Notes under the pieces: model-generated
Database searches by the model: none
What the model saw: only the letters and a program-made list of their open reading frames with translations
Told to the model about the DNA's origin: nothing
Part shown: positions 25,097 through 38,407 of the stretch, piece after piece
Position numbering within the stretch: the first letter of the stretch is position 1
Layout of the letters: the number at the start of each line of letters is the position of its first letter
Position numbers and translations under genes: made by a program
Source: Bilabrum cf. latius
Taxonomy: Eukaryota
DNA: 64,000 nt
Reading direction: 5' to 3'
Assembly (NCBI GenBank): GCA_965178125.1
Contig: OZ237756.1
Coordinates: 620,001 to 684,000, forward strand

Positions 25097-26849
25097 TCCA
25101 CTGTGCTCCTGGTGTCGTCATCTTGTGCATCTCCCAGACGATCGCCGAGACCGGACACCCCGTTAAAGGTCGTTAGGCGTGACCCCCGAACATGATAGGC
25201 GGGCGGGGAGTTAAACTCCTTCGCCAGGCCTAGCCATCGGTGAGCCGGGCCATCGGACCACGGGTTGCACTGTACATCGATCGAACCGCCCTTCTCACTG
25301 AGTCGAGTCGACTGAGCGTGGCCGTCACTCTGCCTGGTTGCCCAGTGCTAGAGGGTGCCACTGCCTCAGGACTCAAGACCCCGTGATCATCGAGTGTCCC
25401 GCTACCAGGTGTCTGTGGTTCTTTATGCCCGTTTACCAGCTCATCCCGGTGCGAGTCATACGATGGACGCGCAAAACTCTGTCACTTGTGGCACTTTCTG
25501 CCTGCCCACTCCTTTCTACTCGCGTCCTAGCGGACTGCACGGCGGAAGCACCGCGTCCCCGGGTGCCCGTGCTCCCCGGGTGAAGCACCCCAAACTGTCC
25601 GCGTCGTCGCCCAGACGGGCGCTGTGTGAGCCTCCTTCGTGATCGGCCCAACGCCGGAAACTACATGATTTCATTATAGGCATGTTCTGCCAGCCGCGCG
25701 CTGCCTCCCTCCTGCCTTGCGCTCCGCTGCACTCGTCAGTCGGGCCGGCGGCGTGCGGCGTGCGGCGTGCGGGGATGTCCTGCCCTGCCCCCTGAAAAAC
25801 CACCGTGTTCAACTGTGCATGGATACAGAGAAATGCTTATTGTGCTCGCTGCCTGGGGCGTGCCGTCACGAACCTGGGAAAGCGAATCGTCAATGGCACC
25901 GGCGTTTCGTTGTGCCGGCAGCGAGCAGTCACCACCCCAGTTCGGAGCGTCCGCAAGGACCGCAACCAAGCACATGACGCCTCTATCGACTGAGGTGTCT
26001 GACAATTTGAGCCATACGGTAGGGTGCCCAGCGGAGAAGTGTGTCTTGGACATGACGAATTCCAATCGGGCATGAACAATAGGCTGCCGAAATGCAGCGA
26101 AGCGTCAAAAGTAACCCACTGTTGCAGTCTCAGCCGCCATAATCCTAGCAAATACACATGTTTAATTCAGGAGACCGAATTCTCTGAAACTATAGCGTAG
26201 TTTGTCCCCTTGAAGAGGAATCGCACAGAAAGACATCGTGGCGCGTCTCAAAGCCCACCGAAGTCAGACTTGCTGGCAGCGAAGGCGCAACGAAAACTTC
26301 TAAAATAACTTGTGCCATCTAAAGCGTTCGAGTACTCAGTGCTGCGGCGCAGAGCTGCAGACTGGTCGTTGTGCCCTGAGCTGCGTGGGGGGGGACAACG
26401 GGTGGTGGTAGGTACACCAAGCGTTGAGGACGAGGGCTACGCTACGCTCGCCCCTCCTTTAAAGGCATATTTAGCAACTCAAGTGTTTTCCCTATAAACC
26501 TAGATGATTTCCCAAGGGGTTCCCCAAGAACCCCTATAGAACCCCTCTATGTACCCATTTTCAGATATAAAATTTACTCCTACGAAGTAGGGGTAAATTG
26601 AAGAATTCTAATCTTTATCCCCCTTATAAACTCTAACAGCAAAGACAGAGATGTTTTAGTAAAGTAGGAAAAAATGAAGAAATTAACCAAGTGTCAAAAA
26701 CCTCTCTGTGTTTGCTGTAGGAACGAAAGGATGAATTCCCAAGAGACCAAGAGACCAACCGAGGATTTTCCCAAGAGAACAAGGTATTTTATCAAGAGAA
26801 CAAGGTAGTTACACCAAGCGACAAACCGATGAACCGACCGATGAACCGA

Positions 26850-27340
26850 CCAAGGATTTCCCAAGGATTTCCCAAGGATTTCCCAAGGATTTCCCAAGGA
26901 TTTCCCAAGCGACTAAATTGTTCTCCGAAGCAACCAAACCGATTACCCAAGAGATGATACATTATAAGGAAAACGAAAACAAATTATAATTGTATTTTAA
27001 GTCCCTTTGGAAAAGTCCCCCAAAAATTGAGAGATTTGACAGGTCAATTATAAGAGACTTAGAAAGAATAAATATATTTTCCAATTAAAATTAAATGTTA
27101 TAATTCCAATGATGCCACCATTAAAATTAAAAGGAAAACGAAAACGTATTTTAAGTCCCTTTCGAAAAGTCCCCAAAAAACTTGTCAATTTTACAGGTCA
27201 ATTATAAGAGACTTAGAAAGAATAAATTAAGTTCCCAAGATGCTCGGGCTTTGCCCTCCGCTCTTTTGATATCTTTTTCAAAGATTAAAATTAAATGTTG
27301 TAACTCCTATGATGCCACCATAAAAATCAAAAGGAAAATA
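26850..27340. repeat. Subterminal repeats of element 2: 11-bp CCAAGGATTTC tandem (about 5x) and longer direct repeats
   Basis: Tandem at 26850-26908; AAGGAAAACGAAAAC..GGTCAATTATAAGAGACTTAGAAAGAATAAAT at ~26966 and ~27131. Confidence 0.85.
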
Positions 27341-27457
27341 AAAAACAAATTATAAATGTTTTCCAACTCCCTAATTAAAAACGCAAAAATTGATGGCCTA
27401 AAGTGGAAATGTCGTACCTTAAGCATAACTTACGTAGTCTATAGTACAACCACAAAA

Positions 27458-27697
27458 ATGGCAAAATCACAAAAGGAACTCGAGAATTACATCTTGGCGA
27501 CCAAAGAATGTCTTAAATCAGTCCCGTTTATTACAACACGAGAAGCATACGATATGGCCAAAAAGTACCTTGAATTTACAAAGACTATTATTTGGATTAA
27601 TTATGATGATGACGATGACCTGCTTGCTGACTTTGAGGAGGCTACAGATTTAAGTCAAATTGTAGTTGAATGGCACGAAAGTACCAAAACCAAATGA
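27458..27697 (+). CDS. Hypothetical viral protein, 79 aa
   Basis: ATG preceded by CGTACCTTAAG..TCTATAG motif; ends TGA. Confidence 0.6.
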   Translation: MAKSQKELENYILATKECLKSVPFITTREAYDMAKKYLEFTKTIIWINYDDDDDLLADFEEATDLSQIVVEWHESTKTK

Positions 27698-27762
27698 TTT
27701 TTTCCCAAGAATTATTTTCCCTACTTTACAAAAGTAAGGAGAATGATACAACTATATAGCAA

Positions 27763-28818
27763 ATGAGTAGCGCCTTTGAAAGAATATTACAATCCCTAAA
27801 CATTTATCCCAACAGTCGTATTGTAAATTTAATGAAACGACCAAAACGACCCAAAGGAGTAAATAGACCCCACGTAAATGTACCAGAACCTCACCAAGTG
27901 GTACAAATGGATTTATTATCATTACCCCACGACAAGAATTATAAATACGCATTAACCGCTATTGATTTACACACAAAGTAGGCCGATGCTGAACCGCTCA
28001 AAACCAAGCGTTAGAACGAAGTATTAAAGGCATCAAAAAAGATTTTCAATCGTGGAAATGTCCAGAAACCGCAGTACCGTTTGGAAATAGATAATGGAAA
28101 AGAATTCAATGCTTTACAAAGATATTTAGAAGAGACCGACGTATTTGTACGAAGAAATAAACCAGGTCGCCATCGTCAACAGGCATTAGTGGAAAACTTA
28201 AATAAAACGTTGGGAAAAGCCATATTTACCCTACAGAACGTAAATGAGTTAAATACAGGTAATGAAAGCGTAGAATGGGTGGATATGCTCCCAAACATCA
28301 TCGAAAACTATAATGAATATCAACTGGAAAAATATATGGAAGAACCACCTTTACCCCCAGAACACTTCGACTTTACGTAGTGCAAAGGAGACGCTTGTAA
28401 TGTATTGGAAGAAGGGACACGCGTAAGAATACCTTTAGAAGAACCCAGAAAGGCTACAAATTTACAGCAAAAATTATCCGGAAATTTTCGTGCTTCCGAT
28501 TTACGCTATAATCCAGAAATCAAAACGGTTACAAAAGTGTTATTAAGACCCGGACAACCACCCTTATATGTTGTGGATTAGGATGATTTAGTGGCTTATC
28601 CAAAAGAGGAATTACAGATTATCGACTTTGATAATGAGGACAATAATCGAGATGCTCAGACAATTTTTATCCCAAAAAAGATAAAATCCGAGAACGAAAC
28701 AGAATATCAAATAGAATGGAAAGATTTTCCAGAACCAGAACATTGGACGTGGGAACCAAAGAATAAAATCCAAGAAATTGCTCCTAATTTAATTTTGGAG
28801 TGGGATATAGAAAATTGA
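27763..28818 (+). CDS. Retroviral-type (rve) integrase with C-terminal chromodomain, 351 aa
   Basis: VQMDLL, EIDNGKEF, QALVENLNKTL (DDE); YQIEWKDFPE..WTWEP; internal TAG at 27979, 28012, 28378, 28579. Confidence 0.92.
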
Positions 28819-29062
28819 GATGCCCCGTATCGTACCTTAAGGATTATTTTCGTATTCTGATGCCAGAGTAAAAATTACCCAATCTCCGCCCCTCTCCTGA
28901 ACACAGAGAGGGTATGCGCGTCATCGCAAGCAATCCGTTGGCTTGGTCGCACCTTCCCGGTCGCAACCGCCATCGGAACCCAACGAGACGTTCACGCGCT
29001 CCCACTCTGGCATCAACACCGAACCCCATCCGGCGTTAGGATCATATAGTACAACAACAAAA

Positions 29063-30724
29063 ATGTCATTCACTCTGCCGACTAAAGCGTATTCGTCAAA
29101 AAGCCTTATGGACCTATGTAATGCCGGAAAACAAGAGGAATGTATTCAATACCTTAAACAATACTTCTACCGCACCCACGAGCAAGGTGGCGGGGTGTAT
29201 TTTCTAATAGCATCTGAATTAAATCGGAATAACATAAGTGATGACGAACCCCAGAAACCAGTCTGGTAGTTCCTTACGAATAAAAATATTACTGAAAATT
29301 ACCTGATTGGGGGACACTGTATATACGCGATTGTGGGCAACAAAAGAGTAAAGACTTGGTCAGCACGAGACTGGTTCTTAAATGAGAATACCGACGTATT
29401 TACGATTGTAAGAAAATTCAATTCACCTACCGTGGATTACGACAATCAAACAATTAACGTTATGGGTTCACCTATACTTACACGGGAAAACTGTGGAAAC
29501 ATAGAGGATTTATCCGAAGACGCAAAAGCAGGCGCGACTATGATTTATGAACATATCCAGAAGGTGTGGACTTCAGAAGACAAAGAATAGTGTGATTTTG
29601 TGATGAAATGGTTGGCTCACGTTATTGTGGGCGGAAAGAAGTTGGGTACAGCACTATATTTGAAATCTCCACAAGGAACTGGTAAATCGATGATTATTAC
29701 CTTCCTTATGAGAAAACTACTCGGATATACCCTTACACTATAGACGCTTACACACAAGATGCTTCAACCCGACGCCTTCAACTCAATTCTGGACGGGAAA
29801 CTATTAGTCAATTTTAATGAAATTCCAAAAGCCTCGCAAACTATTTGGGACGCCATGTAGGCAACGCTAAGAAATCTTATTACGGAAAAACACTTTTCAT
29901 GTAATGAGAAGTTTGTCAAATCCGAAAGTCGTCCCAATACATTCAATTTAATTATTGATACGAATGATAGTCCAATCAAAATCACCGAGGAAATCCGTAG
30001 ATATTGTGTTTTGGATGTGAATACATCTAAGAAAGGAGACAAAGAATACTTTACAACACTAAAACGTTTTACAGAAAATCCAGAAGTGGCTAAGGCATTT
30101 TATATGTTATTGGTTGAAATCTATGATACATCACCAGACTTTACAGGACAATTCGCACCAAAATCAAAGAATTTTTACAAAGGAATTCTTGATGGCGCAC
30201 ATCCGGTTTTAAAAATTCTAAAAGAAGAGTGGCTGGACGAAGGCAGAGATTTTAAAATGACAGTCTTGGAATTCCGCAATTATCTAAAGTAGGAACTGAA
30301 CGGTAGAGTGAAGAACCTTGGTACACCTATGATTAAAACACTATTGTCAGAGGTGGGTGTTCATTCAACGATGAACAAATAGAGAAAACAAGAATTTAAT
30401 GTGAAACACGCAGACTTACTAAAAGGCTTCCAATCTAAATTTTAGGCACTTCGTCATTCTGCTGAGATGGAAAAAGCAAAATCCGAGGTAGATGTTCTTC
30501 GAGAGTAGATAAGAGAACTACAGAAACAAGTCGCATAGCAGTAGGAAACGATTGAATAGTTGGAATTAGAAAAGGAGATTACACCGACGGAAAAAGTCCA
30601 TAAGAAAATCCAGAAACAGCTGAGTGTTGAGAATAGCATCGCTATTCAAAAATGGATAAAAGAGAACCCACCAAAGAACAAAAAAGGGAAACTTTCTAAA
30701 TTCCTCTGTAAAATTGAGAAGTGA
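29063..30724 (+). CDS. SF3/D5-like helicase, 553 aa
   Basis: WLAHVI..ALYLKSPQGTGKS (Walker A), LVNFNE, IIDTND, RRYCVLD; C-terminal coiled coil; only TAG interruptions, ends TGA. Confidence 0.87.
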
Positions 30725-30781
30725 GTGAGTTCATACCTTAAGAATAATTATCGTATTCTATAATATATTAGATACTATAGA

Positions 30782-32623
30782 ATGCCCGAAATCGATTTTA
30801 TGGAACCCCAAAGAACCAAATTGCGTCTTAATGGGAAACCAATATGGAGTATGCGATTTGAGAGCGAGGACCTTATCACCGTAAAAGATGTCTTGGAATT
30901 TATTCGTGATTACGACGATGGTGGTGAAAATCCGTTTGATGACTTTAAATTTAAGGTGAATATCAATTTTCAAGATACAGGTTGGCGAACAAGAAGCACT
31001 TGGATTACTACAGATGATTTAGAAAATCAAGATAGTTTATGGGCGGGTTACGAAGACGACGATGACGACGAATATAGAAAATTGAATTCTTTTGAACTAC
31101 TGCTTATTAGAAAGCCAGAACCAGAAGGCGGTGCTGACGAACATAACGATTGTTTATATAACGCTATAAAATAGGCTTTTCCTTTTTCAGTTGGTCGTAA
31201 GGTAAATGTAAAGAACGCAAAAGGCAAATGGAAAACTACTATTAAAAGATTGTCGAAGTCCGACCTCAAAGAACTCTTGAAAATTGGGCGTGATGACCCA
31301 ATCGATTACAGAAGAATACCAGAGATAGAAGACGAACTTGAATTACGCATTCATGTTGTAGGCGACTTTGAATACACATCTGGAAAAACTCATTTTGACC
31401 GTCTTCTAACTGTTTCATTAACAAATGGGCATTACAAGTATGTTCCCCCCATTAGTTAGAAAGAATTATTTACACCGCCGTCTAAAGAACCGTGTAGACT
31501 AATAACCCGCTTGTATCAATCCGAGAATTCTTATTTACTATTTGATGGAGACCGTGAATATCAATCAGAAGGCATTACATCGGTTTTTAAGGAGAATTTC
31601 ATCCTTGACGTTAAATCCAAGGAAGAACTACGAACAAAACACGAAGAACGGATGAAAAATGTAAGGGCTTTATCAAAGGAGACGGGTGGATATATGGATT
31701 TATCACGATTTATGTTTAGAACATCCCTATTTGTAAAGTCGTATTTCAGTAAGTTTTCCAAACTTTACCCTGCCGACCCGATTGACCAAGTTGAAGCACT
31801 ATGGATTTCTAAAGCCTCGGGTGGTGGATTGAATTGGGCAAACAAGAATACTACATTAAAAAACGCATACCAGTACGATATTAACTCATTTTATCCAAGT
31901 ATTATGAAGGGTACATTTACATTTCCGGTTAGAAGGGGTAAGTTCGTAAAATTTGAAGTACCTTCAAGTGGTTTCTATCCGTACGGCATTTTTAGGGTAC
32001 ATATTGAAAATATCAATTCTAAATTGGTACAAAAAAGAAAAAACAATTATTATACTCAATATGACATCAACCGAGCGATTGAGACGGGCGCTTAGGTGTC
32101 ACTTATTGAAGACGGAGAAGCCAACGCTTTACTTTACGATGAGACAACAAGGGTGAAGGCAAATGGACTTTTCAAAACGATGATTGAGCGATTGTACGGT
32201 TATAAAAAATAGGGATTGAAGTGTGCGAAAGAGATACTGAACAACATCTGGGGTTCTCTATGTTAGAAAAACACAATCACAAAAACACTCCGAGATGGTG
32301 ATTGTATGAATTTTAGACAATTAAAGAACGCGTATCCTAAAGCATCTGGACGACTTGTATCGGGTACACTCTATGACGAAGAGTACGATTACAAAACAGC
32401 CTACGCAAGAATAGGTCCCTTTCTGACTGGACTTGGACGAAGTAAATTGTCCAAAATGATTGAGCCATATCTTGAAAACATTCACTATGTCAATACGGAT
32501 GGTTTCATTAGTGAGAAAGAATTACCTCTAAAGTTGTCAACGAACCTTGGGGGTATGAAGTTGGAGCAATCAGGTGAATGTCAAATTATTCACAGTAAGA
32601 AGAAACTTTTTAGAAAAGATTGA
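30782..32623 (+). CDS. Protein-primed family B DNA polymerase with N-terminal TP-like and vOTU-like domains, 613 aa
   Basis: YDINSFYPS, AKEILNNIWG, YVNTDG; GGADEHNDCL and LTNGHY; five internal TAG. Confidence 0.9.
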
Positions 32624-32624
32624 A

Positions 32625-32897
32625 TTAAATAGTCTGTTTTTCCTTAAGCTTCTCAATTTCCTGTCGCAAACTATCAAGTTCATCCATTATGTTAATTTGT
32701 TCCCTTTTTGTGTCTTCCTCTTTTTTAAGCCAATCAAGGTGTTTTTTTGTTCTACAATGATGTGATTTATTGTACTTCTTATATACGCCACCACACGAGC
32801 ATTGTATCTACTCGCCAAGTTTTCCCTTATTTTTCCGGTAGTATTCACGGGCATACAGCTTATCCTGTTCTTTTCTTTCTGAATGACTGAGTGTCAT
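32625..32897 (-). CDS. C2H2-type Zn-finger protein, 90 aa
   Basis: YAREYYRKNK..IQCSCGGVYKKYNKSHHCRTKKH; one TAG; ends TAA. Confidence 0.75.
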
Positions 32898-32933
32898 TTT
32901 TGTATTCTATAGTATTATACTATAGAGTTAGAT

Positions 32934-34139
32934 TTAAGTATCGTAGGCAAATATTTTCCAAGCCTGTTTTAGGGCATTCTTCTTGGATATTCCTTTTCCT
33001 CTTAAAATGGACGCCATTTTCATAACTCTTGAACGTTTGGTTTCACACTGACATTGACCTCCAAATAATTCCAGATACATACCCGATACTGGGTCATTCG
33101 TATGCGAATGGATTTCTTTCATAATTGGTTTTCCAACTGTTTTAGTTGCTAAATCCCAACCTTCCTTAAAGTCTGTTCCAAAATCCCTTTCTGTGTTCTA
33201 CTTATGCTTTTTCTAATTTTTCATTAAGGCGTTTCTGACATCTTCCGGTAAATCATCTAAACCTCTCCCGAACCATTTGGAAAAATACCCAGCGACGTCA
33301 GTAGCAGCATTAGCCACTCTCTTAGTAAATCCCGATACACTCTTAGCAATACTCTCTACGTCCTACATAATAAATTGGTTTAAGGGTGGTGTCAAAAACC
33401 CATTTGTGCGCAGAACATCTTGGATAAATTTTTGGCAGTTCAGACTAAAAGCACGGTACTGATAAAAGTTGTATTCTCCAATTTTCTGTAAAGTGGTCTC
33501 AAATAATTCCCTTACTGTTTTCTGAGGTTTTCCATTAATATTTACTTCCATAGTTTGAGTTTTCTTGTTGGTGGAAAATCGTGGGGACAAATTAACCCTC
33601 TCATTCTTCTCAAGATAAATCTTTTTTCCACCTCCAAGGTTCAATTCTAAGGCTAAATGGAAGAAATCATTATATCCGTGTTTATTTTTTAGTTTTTTCA
33701 TTTTTCCCAAGGTTATCCAGTTGAGTAACCGATTAATCGCACCACTAATAGGGGTTCTAATTACTTTCATAGCAATGATTGTTCTATCCCCGTATTGTTG
33801 AAGATTTCTCTGGACTTCGTTTGTATTTCCATACACTACTCCACCTTTAAGCTGTTGCGCCAGCTAACTGCGCCGAGAGGGGGTGCTTCGCAAACCATCT
33901 TTTAAATATTTATGAAGTGTGTTGGATTGTGTGGATTTCTTCTTGGATTTCTTTTTGGGTTTTCCTTTTGTTCCCAGACCATCTTCAAACTTAATTGCTT
34001 TTTCAAGAGCTTCTTTAGAATAAGGATATTCACTTCTCCAAGTCCTTGTTGTTTTACTCTTTGGTTCTTTCACACTAATGTACGTCTTAACAAAACCAGA
34101 ATTCATTTTTCCGCCACTAAGTGTATAAAAACTATCCAT
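32934..34139 (-). CDS. Protein with permuted papain-like (PPPDE/LRAT-type) domain, 401 aa
   Basis: Three ORFs in one frame joined by TAG; FFHLAL..LEKN and YQYRAFSLNCQKF. Confidence 0.65.
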
Positions 34140-34164
34140 TTAGTATAGGCTTGTATTAAAAAAC

Positions 34165-34782
34165 TCATAGACGACTTCCAAGACCGAAGGTTTTCCGGAC
34201 GAATTCCTCCAGTTGCTAAAAGGATGAATAGACACAGTACTAACTCTAATGTAATCCAGCGATTAAATTCGTTCTTGAGCGTTCCACAGACAATAAGTCC
34301 CCCGATTTTTTCCCTTCACGGATTTCCTCAAAAAGACTGTGAGAAGGCACACACACAAAAATTGAACTTTCCTTAAATAAATCTTTCGCTAATTCCAACG
34401 AACCAACCATAACAATTAAACGTCTGGATTTCTTCGTGAGCCAATCCGCTTTAATTTTTTCATACACTAATCTTGATTGGGAATAATAAAAGAGGCGGTG
34501 GGTACTTTCATCACCGTCAACCAACATTTTCTCCATCTTTTGCTTTTCCTGTCCTGAAATTTGAGCATTTACACACTCGTCTAAATCAATAATTAGCGTA
34601 TCCTTATCCACCGCTTCTAGGGAACGACATAACGTAGTTTTACCGCTTCCTTTTGGAACAACCACGCACGATTTCTGTTTCTAAGTTCCGTCTTTCGTCC
34701 ACCAAGAATACAGACACTTGCTTCCTGTATAAGCTAAAGGGGCTAAAGTCCCAGCAACCATTACAGCAGTTGATACTGACAT
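34165..34782 (-). CDS. P-loop (kinase-like) protein with hydrophobic N-terminus, 205 aa
   Basis: VVVPKGSGKTTL..IIDLDE; same-length homolog at 61572-62189. Confidence 0.75.
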
Positions 34783-34837
34783 TGTTTTGATATACTATAT
34801 ACCAAGACAAATATTTATTGGTTTACCCTTTTCATAT

Positions 34838-36604
34838 TCACTGCTACAACATTGCGAGTAGTTGGTTACGAGATAAAGATTTCCCACCTGTTAAGCCCGA
34901 GCCTAACTTGGCACCTGTTAAGCCCTTGCCTTTCTTGGTAGTTTTTCGGGGTTTCCTTTGGCGACCCATTCCAGCCATTTCACCCACCATTTTAGCGGTG
35001 TCAAATACCTACTTACCATCCTTTAATACTTTTTTGAGATTGCCTTTCTTTACCCAATCAGCGGTTTTGTGTGCGAACTTTTTTAAGGCGTGTCTAATCT
35101 TTTTACCAAGACCCCTACCGTGTAGTCCGCTTAATTGACTTTCATATACTACGGGTAATTTAGAGGCGGAAAGAACATCTGCCCGTGAGATGACACCCTG
35201 CTAATACTCGAACTTAGACCCATCAATCAAATTTAATACTCCTTCGTATAATCCAATCACAACACACTACACATTATCGTAGCCCACATCATCATTATTC
35301 TTCACTCGTAGGGTTATAGACAGTTGGTTAGACCCGTTGCTACCATTTGTCTAATCCACATCTAAGCTTAAGTCCTTGGCGGGGTCAATACATAACAGAC
35401 CACCTGATAGCACCCTATCCCCGAATTTACGCATAGCCCATTCATTATATTGCTATTCAAGTCCGTTGCTTCTGGATAAGTCCCATAACTGCTGTGGCGA
35501 TGCGTCGGCGAGTAATCCACTATGGTTATTCATCTCTATACTAATTCCATCAATTGCCATGAATGTGTTTCCCTAATCTACTGAAAGGGTTGTAGGTGAG
35601 CGACGGGCAAACACAAATAAACGACTTGGAACTGAATTACTAAGCTTAATATTGTTATTGTAAAGAGTTGCTGTAGTACCTGCGGCAATTGTTGGACTAT
35701 GACTTTGGGTATACGAAGTCATCTCAAAAATATCATACGAGACCTATTTAGGAAGCACAAATCCTGTTTTAGGTGTAATCTATTCAAGGTATAGGACTGG
35801 TTCTTGGACATCTACCGACTAAATGGTAGCAGTTAAGCCCTATTGTGGAATACGAGACCACACGGTTCTACTCAGTTGAGACCAATTAATATTTAAGGAG
35901 AGTGTTTGAATTCCGTATATAGCCGTTTGTTCCTATTTACTTTCGTAGTGGAAAGGTGGACATAATACCGCCTCAGTGCATTCAAAAACAAGAACACGAT
36001 TTTGAGTTTGACCTGCGGGTACATCAGTATTATCCATTTGATACAAATTGTAAAATCCACTTCCTCGGGCTGGTTGGTCCTAAAGCACGTCCTCATACGA
36101 AGCAAGAGCGTTATTCGTAGACTAACTCATCATCGCGTATGAAGGCACATTATCGCGTCTATACACACTATCAAGGCAATTCACACGGTGGACATCATCA
36201 TCTAGTAAATGGGACAGAGCGTCCATTAGTTCGCCGTTGTTCTGGGTATAGCGAAGGTTATTAATGCCAACTGTCTATGTTGCGATGGAGCGATTAAGTG
36301 GATAGGAGCGTGGAGCATCGTAATCTGGTCTAAAGGGTGCTAGACCACCTGCGGTTTGATTATTCACGGAAAAGGTGATAGAAAATCGGCACGAGACATA
36401 GGCACGACGGCACAAACCTACACCTGAAGGCATACTAATATTCCAGTTGACCCCGCTGTTGTAGTTTCCGGCAGACCCGGAGGGGTTATATTTACGGAAA
36501 GTCCGGTTCTCATAACCTTCTTGAACTTCATACGGCTTCGGTTGTACATCTAGTGTTGCGGGTGATACTTTGACTGGCTGAAGGGCAAAGGTATTCAATG
36601 ACAT
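34838..36604 (-). CDS. Virophage major capsid protein (double jelly-roll), 588 aa
   Basis: YPLNR, NALASYED..ARG, EAVLCPPF, GIQTL, MNNHSGLLADASPQQLWDLSRSNG, GVISRADVLSA, basic Gly-rich tail; about 15 in-frame TAG, no internal TAA/TGA. Confidence 0.92.
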
Positions 36605-36709
36605 TTTTGTTTTCCTTGTATATTATATACAACGAATAAAATTCTATCACTCAGTTCTTTAGAAAAGAACGCAAACTCGTTTCTTCATAAAAGTAATACA
36701 AAACTAATT

Positions 36710-37819
36710 TCACTTCCGTTTCTAAATTAAAAACTTCACACTCACACTTCCGTGGCGTAAATAAAGAGGTCTTAGATTTGAATAATTATCTTTCCAATAA
36801 AGATTAAACTAAATCCTATCTACTGAATGTGTATCTAAAAAATCAATTTCGTGGAGAATATGGGGCTAGTATTGAAGAACCTGCTAATTCACTGTTTCTG
36901 TATCATCTAATACACAGTCCATATCCACTAATAAACTCTCGGTCCCTGAACCTGAATTCTAATCTGTATTTGTGGATTGTCCATAGGCGGATTTCTAGGA
37001 TATTGCCTCACTCCTCACTGGAAGACTTGAAGATGTGAAAACTATTCCGCGAAAAATCTAAAACTACACTAAACTCCCTCGTTCCTAGGTCATCATTAAT
37101 CTGTAGTCTCCCGTTGGGTTTCCCTCGAAGTATGCCTAAGGTTCATATTTTCCAACAGAAGAGCCATCATCGAATAAAACATTGGTTCCTAGGGTTTTGA
37201 ATAGAATACTGGCGTATAAGTCGTCATCTTGGATATCCATTCGTTCCATAGGAAAACCCGTCATCAGTTCGTTAAGGGCTTCATTCAACACTAATTTAAA
37301 TTTTTGTCCTGAGTTTTCCTCGTCGTAATCGGGATTTGCTACTAAACTGAACTTTCCATCTTTAAAGAGTAAAACCGGAACTGATGTAATATCCGCTGAT
37401 AAAGCATTCTATATGGTTTCGTTGAATAAATCAACAAAATGCTACACGGAATACATATAATAATAAGGAACAAACTACATAGGATTGGAAAAAGATGGTT
37501 GGTTTTCCCCTGTTAACTAGGGTCTCCATATAATACTTTCCGTCCATAATTGTACTCCACTTTCATCTGTAATGCTTATTCTATACACCGTTTGATTAGG
37601 ATTTGAAGATGGATTTTTCACTTTATCGGTTTCTATGTGTGGAACCCATAAAGGTATTGAATTGGTGCTTATGGAAAACCTGAACACTGACATCGTATAA
37701 TCACCAACATCCTTATCTAATAATGGCTACTTGCGGGTTTCGCTATAGGTCGCTGGTTGGAAAGTATCTTCGTTATTTCGTATGTTTGCGGTAATGTAAA
37801 ATCGGTCTGGAGAACTCAT
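36710..37819 (-). CDS. Virophage minor capsid (penton) protein, 369 aa
   Basis: YSETRK-PLL..DYTMSVFRFSI..IPLWVP; LYWKD..SVKFL C-terminus; directly upstream of MCP. Confidence 0.87.
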
Positions 37820-37875
37820 TTTACTATAGAGGCTTATAATTATGGGGTGGGTTTGATTACTTTTCTAAAGTATAA

Positions 37876-38367
37876 TTAAGATGGTGTAATAAGTGAACCT
37901 GACACTAAGGATTTCCAACTAGATGTAGAAGAACTGCCAATCGCCACATAGACATCGTTGTCGCTTCCATTATACACTAAAGCCCCCTTGAACTTTCGCT
38001 CTGGTGACGTATTAATTGGGACAGAAGCATCAGCAAGCGTTGCTCCAGCAACCTCACTCAGCCCAACGACACCCTCTTGAGAAGTCTTGAATGAACCAAC
38101 TAGTGAAATATCGCATCTTTCTCCTTCTTCGCTCATACTGAACTGACAACCAGCAGACGCTCCGTTTTTCCCAAATCGTAAAACTGTGTCTCCCCACGCC
38201 ATATATGGTTCTCCGTCCGTGAACTCAATACTTGGATTGCCTATGACTGCTCCCGTAGAGTTAGTAATTGCGGACACTTTAATTGCGTCGCTACTCACAA
38301 CATTACACGTAATAGTTTGAGACATAAGGTCTAGACTGTTCTTAGATAGAAGATTTGAAACTGACAT
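37876..38367 (-). CDS. Putative fibre/structural protein, 163 aa
   Basis: Shares LRFG.N.ASAG...S..E.G..CD with 45991-46512. Confidence 0.6.
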   Translation of the reverse strand: MSVSNLLSKNSLDLMSQTITCNVVSSDAIKVSAITNSTGAVIGNPSIEFTDGEPYMAWGDTVLRFGKNGASAGCQFSMSEEGERCDISLVGSFKTSQEGVVGLSEVAGATLADASVPINTSPERKFKGALVYNGSDNDVYVAIGSSSTSSWKSLVSGSLITPS

Positions 38368-38407
38368 TTTATAGTATATCCACAGAAATAATTTTTATCA
38401 GGTTGCG

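Noticed and set aside
19011-25196. CRISPR arrays or protein-coding ORFs in the 71-, 115- and 39-bp repeats
   Set aside because: Head-to-tail tandem units without unique spacers; the ORFs are by-products of stop-poor repeats
25200-26386. Host gene upstream of element 2
   Set aside because: Only short ORFs without motifs
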